In this document: positions 1 through 12,400 of the stretch, in pieces
How the letters are laid out: every line of letters begins with the position of its first letter
Numbering within the stretch: position 1 is the first letter of the stretch
Source: Heptranchias perlo
Taxonomy: Eukaryota
Length of the DNA: 64,000 nucleotides
Direction of reading: 5' to 3'
NCBI RefSeq assembly: GCF_035084215.1
Contig: NC_090357.1
Location: 7,440,001-7,504,000, forward strand
Notes under the pieces: model-generated
Seen by the model: the letters and a program-made list of their open reading frames with translations, nothing else
The model's database searches: none
Told to the model about the DNA's origin: nothing
Translations under genes and position numbers: made by a program

Positions 1-383
1 TCCCTGCTCTTTCCCCATAGCCCTGCAAATTTTTCCTTACTAATGTATCATATCCAAATGATCTAATTGAAAGGCGCAACAGGCTCGAGGGGCTGAATGG
101 CCTGCTCCTGCTCCTATTTCTAATGTTTTATATTCACTACCAACCCCCCTCCCCTCCAAACGGACCCACTTGTGCCCATCTGGAAGCTGGTATGTCCCAT
201 CTCCGTCAACATACTGGCGTCCAATTGAGCCGGGAAGTGGGAACCTCAGCCTAGCAAGTCCCCGTCCCTGGTTCCACCCCACATCTGGCTCCTGATATCA
301 TTGGCTTTGTAAGGGATGGGCTGAGGTTCTGACCCTTCCCAGTTCATTTGCTGATGGAGGAATAAATGGAATGAGTTACATAC

Positions 384-470
384 CTGATAGAAGAAGGAAT
401 TGCGGAAAGCATTGCGTGTGTAATTGTTAGTTGGCAAACTGGAGGCAAGAAGTATATTGATCTCTGGAGC
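384..470 (-). CDS. Exon 50: APEINILLASSLPTNNYTRNAFRNSFFYQ (gene continues beyond the window)
   Basis: ctttaaag| acceptor, CAG|gtatgt donor, phase 0 to 0. Confidence 0.88.
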
Positions 471-3400
471 CTTTAAAGAAATATGAAAATGTTACTCTTA
501 TGTTACGTGACAGACAGTAACAGCTAGATATAAAAGGTTTGGATGCAACTAGTCAATAGGGGTCATTTCTCAGGACTCCAATGCTGGCACCGAGGCTCAT
601 TACCACTCGCTCGAACACTGGTTGGACCATCGGGACTAAAGTGTTGAAGCTGGGTCTCTGACCAGTGCTTGTGTCCAGCAAGGGTCTGCACTGGCCTCAC
701 GAAATTACCCCTCATGTTCATTTTAACTTGAGGGAAATGAATCTAAAGTTTTTATACCATGGAAATAGCTTTGAGAACCATTAATTACCACTCAGTACTT
801 ATCAGGAAGTAGTCATGGAGCCTGCTGTCATTTTGTAATAATGACATTTCTGAACTGTTCAAAATTATTATTCTGAAAATTAAAGAGGGGTCCAGACTGC
901 TAGACTACTGGGGAACCTTGTTATGGCACTGAGGGAGTGTTAAACATGCAAGATGATTTTGCACAATTATACCCATAAACAATAAATTTATTTCTATTCA
1001 ATTAACGAAAAATATGAAAGGACATTTTTTTATTTAAGGTGAAGGATCAAGGCCAATAATATGGGCCTCAGTATTGAAGAGAATAGAAGATTGCAATGCT
1101 CCTGAGGGACTGGACTGTTCACCACAGCGGTTCAAGAAGAAAGCCCACCTCCATCTTCTCAAGGGCAACTAGGGATGGGCAATAAATGCCGGCCTTGCCA
1201 GCGACACCCACAATCTGAGAATGAAATAAAAAGATAGAGTCGTGGCTCCTCCCACCCCTGGGGAAAGGGAGGGGGAGTTTGGTATAAATTGCCAAAGCTA
1301 GAAAGTTCTGAGGAGTAAGAAAGGGACAGAGAAAGGCAAAAGATCAAGTGTTGATATAGTTTTGGACGTGTATCTTTGTTATTACCAGTTATTATTAAAT
1401 ACACTCTGGTCTACACACATAGCCATATTTGGAGCTTTGTCTGTAAGAGGTTGAAGACCCTGCTATCCAGTGCTTATATGGGTCTTCACAAGAGAAAAGA
1501 CATGTTAACTCAGGAAGTAGCATTTAAGCAAAGCCAAGGTTATATTTTAAAATCCTGAAATTGTTGTAGGAAAAGAAACAAAGAAATTAAAGCAAAGAAA
1601 GAGGCCATTCGGCCCATTCAGTCCAAGCTAGCTCTTCAACTGGAGCTATCTACTATAATTCCATCTCCCTGCTCGATCCTAATTTCCTTTTATGTTCCTG
1701 CTTTTCAAATATCCAGTTTCATTTTTCAATTATGCTATAGGCTCTGTCTCAATAGTAACATGTTGTAAAGCATTCCATGTTCTAATAACCCTGTGTATGT
1801 GAAAACATTTCTGACTCCCCTTTTGTTCTTCTAGTAATAATCCTCAGTAGATGCCCCCTGGCTACCGATTCACCAACCAATGGAAACAACCTTTCAGCAT
1901 TTACCGTTTCAAAAACTTTCATAATTTTGAAAACCTTTATTAAACTCCTTCTTAACTCTCCGTTTCAGCGGGGAAAAAACCCATCAATAATTATGAAGGA
2001 AGACTGAGGGAGGTTAACAAGTTTCATAGTTTTGAGATCTTAGCAAAGAATGAATGAGAGTAAAGTAGAGACTGATGAATCTTGACTTCAAGACATTGAG
2101 GATGCAGGATTCCAGTTATAATTTTCCCCCGTATTATCACTAAAGCCACAAGAAAATCTCACGTTGATCGATCTCTTCACCAGCTGAACAATGAAGATTC
2201 CAAAACGATAGATCACAAGCTCGGTCACTGAAATCTTCTCCAGAGTCAGTGGCACCAGCTTCCCTTCACAAGTCCATTGTGCATCCATAATATCTATGAA
2301 AGGTCTGTGTGTCTCTGTAATGAAAAGGTACCTCATTTCAATCGACTATCCCAAGAGAGTATCAGATGAAAGATTTCTTTTACCAGAAATTACGGAAGTC
2401 AAAGATCAGAATTTTCAGTTTACTCAAAGAATATTCCAGGTAAGTTCTATAGTTTCACTTGCCTCTGGACTGATCAGTTATTAAGTCACTGTACCTTGGT
2501 ATTTGGCTTCGGTTTGACTTGTGCCCTGTTGATGGTCTTTAGTCGATGAAAGCTCTTCTGCCTCTGGATTTGCTTTCAGGTGTTCATTTATTTCCTTTAG
2601 GAGTTTGAAGAGTGGAGATTGTGCCAGAAGATTGGCCCAATCTTCCTCTGCAAGAATGAAAAGATCTACCATTAAGTCAACGGAACGGAAACCCGATTGC
2701 ACAAAATTCCCATCTTGCTCTTCAAATGCTCATCTGGGCTGGGCAGCTAATTTGAACAGAGGTGTATTCAGATGGGCTGAGCTTTGCATTTGATCCTTTT
2801 CCCTGTCAGTACTTCCTTTTGGATGGCATGTCTCACCCTTGTTTCGCCTTCTCCCATGCCAACTTTGTATTTATTATGTGCCATATTCACGTTGGTCACC
2901 CTTATTGGGCCATCGAGGTTCTTTGGGCAATTCTCTGCATTGCTTAGGGTTTGAAGACCGTATTAATTTTATGGACTATGTGCCGAGACATTTTGACACT
3001 CAATTCCTGTGTGAAATTTACTGTTGGAGCCCATTATGTTTTCATTTATTTTAAATGAAATAACTGCCCTTTAATTGGGGCCTTATCACATACACAAGAT
3101 GTCCCAAAGTGCTTTACATCCAAGGAGTTGCTTCTGAAATGCAGTCACTGCTGTTACATAGGAAAATGCAACTGTTAATTTGCACACAGCAATGTCCCAC
3201 AATGGGATGAATGATCAACCTGTTTTTGGGTGGTGCTGGTTGAGGGAGGATCTTTTATGTTCATCTGAAAATGCAGACAGGAGTCTCGGCTAATGTCTCA
3301 TCTCAAAGGTGGTACCTTTGACAATGCATGACTCCCTCACTGCACTGAAGTGCCAGCCTAGCTTAGATCCTGAGGTGGGTCTTGAAGCCACAATCTTCTG

Positions 3401-6400
3401 ACTCAATATAGCAAGAGTGCTACCAACTGAGCCAAGCTGATATTCTGACACCAAAAGAAACTTCTTTGGTAAAATGGATGGTTTTCGCTTTTGGTTTGGG
3501 CAGCCAGTCTGCCATAAACCAGGCTGAGTATCAGAGATCAAATAATTGATTTCCAGTTACTAAAATAACAAGAAAGCTTTGTATAAAGAAAGCACTTCAG
3601 CTCACTTGATCCAATTACAATAAGTCCTGGCCTCATCCACCCTTCCTGGCAGCCTGTTCCAACTGTTGAACAAAGGAATCAAATCTACATCATATGAACC
3701 AATTTGCCATTGCTCGGCTTGACATACACCCGACAACAAACCAATAGGTGGAAATACAAAAAATTGGTGATTGTGGCTTAGCAATGTATACTTGCTTTTT
3801 ATTGGCTGCCCAACCTCCTCAACAGCAAAATAGACCCCTAGAAGTCTAAACCACACTGTAAACCTGTGCATCAGTAACACTTGAGTATTGAAAGCTCCAC
3901 CTGATCGCTGACAATGCTTACCCAAGGGCTGACTGGGTCTTGGCTGAAGCAAAGGAATCTTCAGGGCAACAAAACTTGCTATTTGCTCAAAGGCTCTTGT
4001 AGCTAAGGGGGAGTAAAAGGGAAGAAAAAAAAACTTTTCATTATGAAATATTAAAATCATATAATAGATTTACCATTGGTTTTATTGAGGTTGCGATGTT
4101 TGCTAATTTTGGAATTTCAAGTATTTTTTAAGTCAGAAAAGACAGTGTTTGAAGTGATGAACCAAATGAAGGAAAACAAATCTCCCTGCATGGTTACCTC
4201 TGCCTGAGGATAGTCTTAGAGTCTGAAGAGCCATTAAACAGGTCATTGATCTGGAAATATAAACTGAACGTTCCAGTGAGAGCGTATTAAAGAAAAATTT
4301 AGTCTTTGCTTTATTTTGCGCCAGTTCCTCATGATTTCTGAAGTCACTTTTATGCTGCTCTTCAGGCACCGGCTCCTGTAGCTTTGATGTCTTGGAGCTA
4401 ACGGCCCCGTCAATGTAAATCTGCCAGACTGTTTTTGACCAGTTTTTCACTGGGCCTTCCTGGCTGTTGCCAATCTTACCAGGGGGGTCGTAGGGCGCAA
4501 TGGTGATGACATCATCATGCATCACGACGTCTTCATGCACGCACATATCTATTACCTCTATCGTGATGTCTAACATTTAACAAGCTATACATATAAACAA
4601 GAAAATGCAGGGGAGGGGGGGATTACAAGCAAAACTTTATTTGGTGGCTGAACACGATGGAACATCGGTGCACGGTGTCAGAAGATAGGTTGGAACAATT
4701 CCCCGTGCCCCTCCCCATCATTGAGATGCCAATCTTGGTTTGAATGGACATCATTCTTACAGAAATTGGCGGATCATTTCGAGGACACCATTATCCATCA
4801 CCCTGTAACCAGTTCATTGACATTAGCAAAAGCCTGGGAGCAGGTCCCCCCCTCACCCCCTCCATTTTCCAGGGAACAGTTGGCGTGCGGCCCCTTGAGC
4901 AAAGAAAAGTACTTTGACACAAAAAACAATCCAGTCCCTCTCACACCTTCATTCAGAATCTGTTGAACCTGTTGAGAATGTCTCGCCTCTTCCTCCTGCT
5001 CCTCCGCTGCTAATTTTCCTGTGATTCTTCGGCGATCGTCAGCTCGTTTCTTTTCCCTCTTCACTTCCTGATCCTTCTTCACTTGCGTGATCTCTTGCTG
5101 AAGTGTGTCCTCCAGGAGACGCTGCCTTTCGCTGTGCTCTTTAGTGAGCTTCTGCAAGAAAGAAGTTTTTAAACTCGTGAAGAATTTTCATCCTTTTACT
5201 GTTGTGGAGAGCTTTCACCTCAGTGAGTGGCACTTTAAAACTAAAGCCCAACTGAAGTGTTGTCAAATCTAACATTTCAGAACCTAGAAGAACGTGCAAT
5301 TAAAGCAGGTGGCAGAACTCATGCCTGATGTAGACAGATCTATAACAGTGCAAGATACTTATCTTGTGATCTTATGAATAGGTCAATCAAAATGGCAATC
5401 CAGTACCTCTTTGAGTATGTGAGTTAGCTCCCCTCGTTCCAGTTGGTCCTGTAATTTGACTTTTTCCTCCATCATCTGCAGGTTCTGCCGTCTTTCCTTC
5501 TTCAACTGCTTCTGCATGACTATCTCTTCGTCTACCTTCTGTTCCTTCTCTATCTCTGCCTCAAGTTCCTTAATCTGCACAGAAAAACCATCGACAGAAA
5601 AACCATGAACAGAATGTTTGGATTTCGGGGTATTGAGGTAGAAAGACGCCTGTTATAGCTAACAAAATGGCGGAGTAGGTTCAATGGGCCAAATGACCTA
5701 CTCCTGCTTCTATGATTGGACAGAAAGCCTGGTGATCAAAGTGAAAATGACCTCTTGTGTATCTCAAAGTAGTACTGCACGAACTAAAGCGATGTTGCCC
5801 TGCCACGCTTTCAGAATGTAACTGTGTCTTATTGCTCATCCTCAAGTGAGCAATGAAAAGGTTTTGCTAAATTTCTATTTAATGAAGCAAGTAAGTGGAG
5901 ATTAATGAGGAAAACCAATTCCACCATAAAAAGTCTTATCAAGTCCAAGCTTTTTTTTTTGCTTACCCCAATAATTGTGATGTTGGTTGAGGGATAAATG
6001 TTGGTCAAGAGAGAACTTTCTTGCTATTCTTCAAATAGTGCCATGGGATCTTTTACATCCAACTGAGAGGGTGGATGGAGCCTTGGTTTATGAGCATACA
6101 AAGTTGACGGGCAGGAAAAGACCAGTTGGTCCATCAAGCCTGCTCCACACACCACGATGGCTGGAGTATCATGATTAGACACTTCCCACTACCTCACCCC
6201 CCCCTGCCACGTAATCTCCTGGGAGAGGCAAAAAAAAAAGCAAAAACCCAGGGCCAATAAGGGAAAAAATATTCTGGAAAATTCCTCTCCGAAACGTAAC
6301 ATCGTATCTGAAAGTTGGCACACCCTCAGTACTGCACTGAAGTGTCAGCCTGGATTGTGAGACGTACATTGAGATTTGCTGTTCACTTTTCTCAAAGTCA

Positions 6401-9400
6401 TGCGGCTACCAGTAATTCACTCTCCCTCTCTCCCAGCTAAACGAGTGTGTGTATACAGGAAGCACCTTAGCAGGAAGATGGGAAGAGAATCTGAAACAGA
6501 TACGAAGAATTACACACTCATTAAACGCTCATTTTTTTTAATGGCTTAGTTTCACCTTTTTTCTGAACGCCATTTCCCTTTCTTCCTGGTTCAGTCTTTT
6601 CTTGCTGTTCATATTCTCCAGCTGTTTCTGTAGTTCGTTCATCCTTGCCTGCCTGAATCTTTTCAGCTCATTTGCAATGCGTTCAGCTTCTTCAACACAC
6701 TGCAAAACAACAGCAGACTGTGATGCCAAGTTTTTTGTCCATAGAATGGTTACAGCACAGAAGGAGGCCATTCGGCCCATCGAGCCCATACTGGCTCTTT
6801 GTAAGAGTTAATCCCAGTTAATCCCATTCCCCCGCTCTTTCTCCGTAGCCCTGCAAATTTTTTACCCTTCCAGTATTTATCCAATTCCTTTTTGAAAGCC
6901 ACGATTGAATCTGCTTCCACCGCCCTTTCAGGCAGCGCATTCCAGATCATAGCAACTCGCTGCGTAAAAAAGATTTTCCTCATGTCGCCTTTGGTTTTTT
7001 TGCCAATCACCTTAAATCCGTGTCCTCTGGTTCTCGACCCTTCCACCAATGGAAACAGTTTCTCTTTATTTACTTTATCTAAACCCTTCCAAGAGGTGAC
7101 CAGACTCTGCAATAATCGCTTTGCCATCCAGGCCTTCGCTTTATTAGATATCTCAATATATTCTAGGTCTACAAAAGATCCAGAAAAAGCCTCACCCTTT
7201 AAACATCCTACCAGCAAATTGCTCAGATGTTTCAATGAATAATAATGTTACAAACCTTATCTGAGATGAATGGTTTCAAGCTGTCAGCAAACTCCTGAAG
7301 CCTTTCTTCTCTTAGCTCCAATAAGGCAGCAATAGATTTCAGCTCCATCACAGCTAACGCATGGCCTTCTGCTTTTTCACACAAGATTTTCATCTCTTTG
7401 TCTTCATCTTCCGTCAGCACTTGCTGGAATGCAAATCATTATTCTAGGGTTGCCATATAAACCAAAGATCTATCCACAAACATACACAGGCCAGCAGCAG
7501 AGCAGTCATATAACAGTATACTGTACTCGCTGCTCACGATGCGGTCTCCTCTATGTTGGGAAGACAAACACGGATTGGGTGATGGCTTTGCTGAACAACT
7601 CCGTTCAGTCCGTAAACGTGACCCTGAGCCTCCGGTCGCTCGTTACTTTAGTTCTCCGCCCCACTCTAACCTCACTGTCCTCGGCCTCCTACACTGTTCC
7701 AATGAAGCTCAACGCAAGCTTGAAGAACACCACCTCATCTTTCGATTAGGCACTTTGCAATCGTCCGGCCTCAACAATGAATTCACCGACTTTAGATCAT
7801 AATCACCGCTCCCATTTTCTCGGACATAAGGTGCTGTGACCATTTACATCTCCTCTGGACCCATCTTTTGTTTTTTTTACTTGTCCCATTACCACCCACT
7901 TTTGACTTGCACCATCATCCTTTTTGTCATTTAATTACTCCTGCCCTCCACCCTATCACAGGCCGTTTCCCCTTTGTTCTTTCCTGCTCCCTCCCCCCCC
8001 TTTTCCCTAGGCTCTGTACTCGCTTAAAAACAGTTAAATCTCTAACTTCTTCCAGTTCTGATGAAAGGTCATCAGCCTGAAACATTAACTTTGTTTCTCT
8101 CTCCACAGATACTGCTGAGTGTTTCCATCATTTTCTGTGTTTATTGCAGTTAGTATGTCTACTTCACACCGCTATACTGACTTGATTCCCATCTGTGGTG
8201 AACTCTGGATTCAGACTGGTTACCCGATGAGGTCAGCTCACTGACACGCAGGTGCATCCAGTCCTTGGATAACTCTGGTATTGGCAGCCATGTGTTTGGG
8301 GGGTGGGGTATATTGGGCCCATACACTATTGAGGACTGTTTTGAGCTCAGTCCAGTACTTTGCAAACCAATGGACATCGGGAATGATGACATGGAGGAAG
8401 GAAAAGTGAGGAAAGTGCCTTTGTAGGTCCGGTGTCTCCGTGCAAAGGTTGCTCTCCCAGTACTTTAGCTTCTACATTAAAACAGCATTACACTGCTGAA
8501 CCTAGAGAATGATATCTCTAGATCGGAAATGAGATTCCATAAATTAAACCCACCATCACCTCGTCCTCCCATAATCATTTAAAAAAAACCAGAAAATCCA
8601 GGCCATTCAACCAATGGAAATCAGCCTTCAGCAGACTTTAATAGGTTCAGAATTTATTTTGGGTTGCTGAGTGGATTATAATTTTTAAAAGTTATGGAAA
8701 ACTAAGGCCAGTGAGATATACCAACCGCTATACTGCAGTGTGGTGCTGCTGCCCGGAGATCCTGCTGTTGTTGCTCGAGCTTCTGCTCCAGCAGGATGTA
8801 CTGGCGAAGGTGACGGTGTAATTGGATATGGTAAACCACGCTCCCGACATCACTTCTCCCGTCTCCCGTCCTTGCTTCCGTGATTGCTTGTTCCTCCTGC
8901 AACTGCAACTAAACATTTGGAAGAAATTGAAAATCAGAATCAGAATCAGAAAAGGGAAAGATCATTAGGCCCAACAAGCCTGTCCCCTCTTAATAGAGCT
9001 CGGTCCTGCCAACATGTCTTCTCACCACAGCCCTCAGTTCCTTCTCTCTCTAGAAATACATCTAATTATCTTTTGAACCCTTTTACACTGTCTGCTTCCA
9101 TATTAGCCTATTCCAGTAGTCTATTACCTTTTGGGTGAAAATGTTTTGCCTGATGTCACATCTTTCTCCTAACTTCTAACTTGTGTCCACTGGTATTTCG
9201 AACTCTTCACCACAGTGAACAATATACCTGGATCAACTTTGTCGATTCCCTTCATAATCGTGAAAGCATCAATTAGGTCACCTTAAGGCCTCTTTACCAA
9301 AGAAAACAAGCCCAACAAGCCTCCAGTGATGTTACCTGAAGTGTCTATTGACACCACTGTGTCAGCCAATGAGTTGGAGGTGGGGCTGGACTCATGGCAG

Positions 9401-12400
9401 TTCTCACAGCAAACAGTCTATTTTACGGCAAACAAAGTCTATTATACTCAGCAAACAGAGTCTATTTAAAAAGAGCCTCTACGAACTATAGCAAATAGAA
9501 CTCGTGATTGAAACTACGGCAACTTCTCCTGATAAAAGCAGGGTTATTTCTCCAGCAAAATACAGTGAGTGAAGGATAGTTACATAATACAAATTGGTTA
9601 TTTTTCCAGCAAAGCTAAGTCTGAACAAAACACCATGTCATTAAATACAGAAACTGCTCCCTAAATCTTCCAGGATACTTTATATTGAAACTGGAACTCA
9701 GTTCTCTTTCAAAGTGGCAAATCCCAATTGGAATCCTAGTGCAACGACAGCTACATTCTACAGGGTAACACATAGGCCCTGAATTCCCTTGGATATTTCT
9801 GCTGCTGTGCCAGCGTAGTTTCGGTGGAGTGCGGCGGAATCCCTGTGGACGTACGTGAACGGCGTTTCCGCTGCATTTAAGGCAAAGTAGACTCAAACAT
9901 TACAAGGAAATTCAGGGCCAATGGACAGTTTGTTGCCTGAAAGTATAAAAGATACATTTTCTACAGGTACCTTTTACACACATGTTAAGAAAGTACCTGT
10001 TCCTCTATGAGATGCTCCCGTTCCTTGATTTGAAGGACGAGCTCTTTCCTCAGCCCCACCTTGTAGTTTCTGTCCATTTGCAGCGATGGATCCTCTCCAC
10101 TGATTCTCTGAGGAGCAGGGAGGTCTTCGTTTTCCATCTACATTTAAAACAGAATGAAGGGTGATTAAAAGTTTTTGCATCACGCAAGTTGTGTATTTGT
10201 GCCATTTTCCACTTATAGAATCATAGAAGTTACAACATGGAAACAGGCCCTTCGGCCCAACATGTCCATGTCGCCCAGTTTATACCACTAAGCTAGTCCC
10301 AATTGCCTGCACTTGGCCCATATCCCTCGATACCCATCTTACCCATGTAACTGTCCAAATGCTTTTTAAAAGACAAAATTGTACCCGCCTCTACTACTGC
10401 CTCTGGCAGCTCGTTCCAGACACTCACCACCCTTTGAGTGAAAAAATTGCCCCTCTGGATCCTTTTGTATCTCTCCCCTCTCACCTTAAATCTGTGCCCC
10501 CTCGTTATAGACTCCCCTACCTTTGGGAAAAGATTTTGACTATCGACCTTATCTATGCCCCTCATTATTTTATAGACTTCGATAAGATCACCCCGAAACC
10601 TCCTACTCTCCAGGGAATAAAGTCCCAGTCTGTCTAACCTCTCCCTGTAAGTCAAACCATTCAGACTTCTTAAAAAAAATTCAGATTTCCAGTGTTTGTA
10701 GTTTTTTCTTTCTATCTCATACATTAATGCTATTTATTACTCTTGGACGCAGGCAGGCAGCATTACGCGAGTACTATCTATAGTAATAGTTATCGAAATG
10801 AAGAATGACTTTGTTTGTGGAGGGGGTGCACCTTTTGACGGGTTAACGGATAATCATTCTTACGTGTAGCATCTTCCTCCTCCGTTTCTCCGCTGCCATT
10901 TTCTGCTCCTTTCTCTCTTCACTCTGCACCCGCAGGAGATTCGAGAGCCTTCCTACGTGATCCTCCTTCAGACACTTCCCTACAGTAAAAGCCATTTGCT
11001 CCCCAGTCACCTGACCTCGTCTCCTGAGAAGTTGGGAAACAGCTTCACCTGAGTTCTGCTCCTGAGAGTGGACAAAACAACATGAAGAGAAACCTGCAGA
11101 CAAAAGTGCTGCACACGTAAGAGGTGCAAAATAATTTTTAAAAATTCAATCTTGGGATGTGGGTGTCGCTGGCAAGGCCGGCATTTATTGCCCATCCCTG
11201 GTGGCCCTGAGAATGTGGTGGTGGTCCTTCTTCTTGAACTGCTGGTGGCGGTTTGGTATGACTGAATGGCTTGCCAGGCCCCTTCAGAGGGCAGTTAAGA
11301 GTCAACTAGGTTGGTGTGGGACTGGAGTCACTCCAGTGGAAACCAGGCGCAATGGGAGTTAAGATCCAAGCAGTAAACTTACCGTTCATTTCCCACCCTG
11401 CAGCTATATTAACATTGCTGTTTATTTGGGTAGATGAGGCATCTGTCTGACTCAAATATATGCCCTTCGATAGGACCCTGATGCTATTTTAACTGCCTAC
11501 TGTGCGGGGCACTCACTGAGGATTCCCTGCTCAATAAAACTTGGCGGTCACCCAGCAGAGGCCTTGGAAGGTAAGTGAAAACTTATTTTTGTGTGGCTTA
11601 GAGGAGCAGGAGTGCCCCTCCACACCCTGCAAAGAAAGTTAGGGACGCTGCCGCCCTGGGCTATCCTCCACCTACGTAACCCTCCTGAACCCTCCACATA
11701 CAGGGCTGGGAATGCACATGGTCAAACACTGGATGAGTACAGGGGGGTACATGTGGTCAAACACTGGATGAGTACAGGGGGGTACATGTGGTCAAACACT
11801 GGATGAGTACAGGGCTGGGGATCCATGTGGTCAAACACTGGATGATTTCAGGGCTGGGGCTACATGTGGTCAAACACTGGATGAGTACAGGGCTGGGGAT
11901 CCATGTGGTCAAACACTGGATGATTTCAGGGCTGGGGCTACATGTGGTCAAACACTGGATGAGTACAGGGCTGGGGGTACGTGGTCAAACACTGGATGAG
12001 TACAGGGCTAGGGGTACATGTGGTCAAACACTGGATGAGTACAGGGGGGTACATGTGGTCAAACACTGGATGAGTACAGGGCAGGGGATCCATGTGGTCA
12101 AACACTGGATGAGTACAGGGCTGGGGGTACATGTGGTCAAACACTGGATGAGTACAGGGCTGGGGGTACATGTGGTCAAACACTGGATGAGTACAGGGCT
12201 GGGGGTACGTGGTCAAACACTGGATGAGTACAGGGCTGGGGGTACGTGGTCAAACACTGGATGAGTACAGGGCTGGGAGGACACGTGATCGAACACTGAC
12301 AGCCTGATCTTCGTCGGCCCAATGAAGATGAGCTGCCTCTGAACTCCTGCTTCATGTGGGCAGCTGGCTGACGAGGTGTTAATGAGGCCCAGCTGTTAAA

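Noticed and set aside
11700-12295. CRISPR-like appearance and 158-aa repetitive ORF
   Set aside because: Units are contiguous with no unique spacers, there are no cas genes, and the context is a vertebrate intron.
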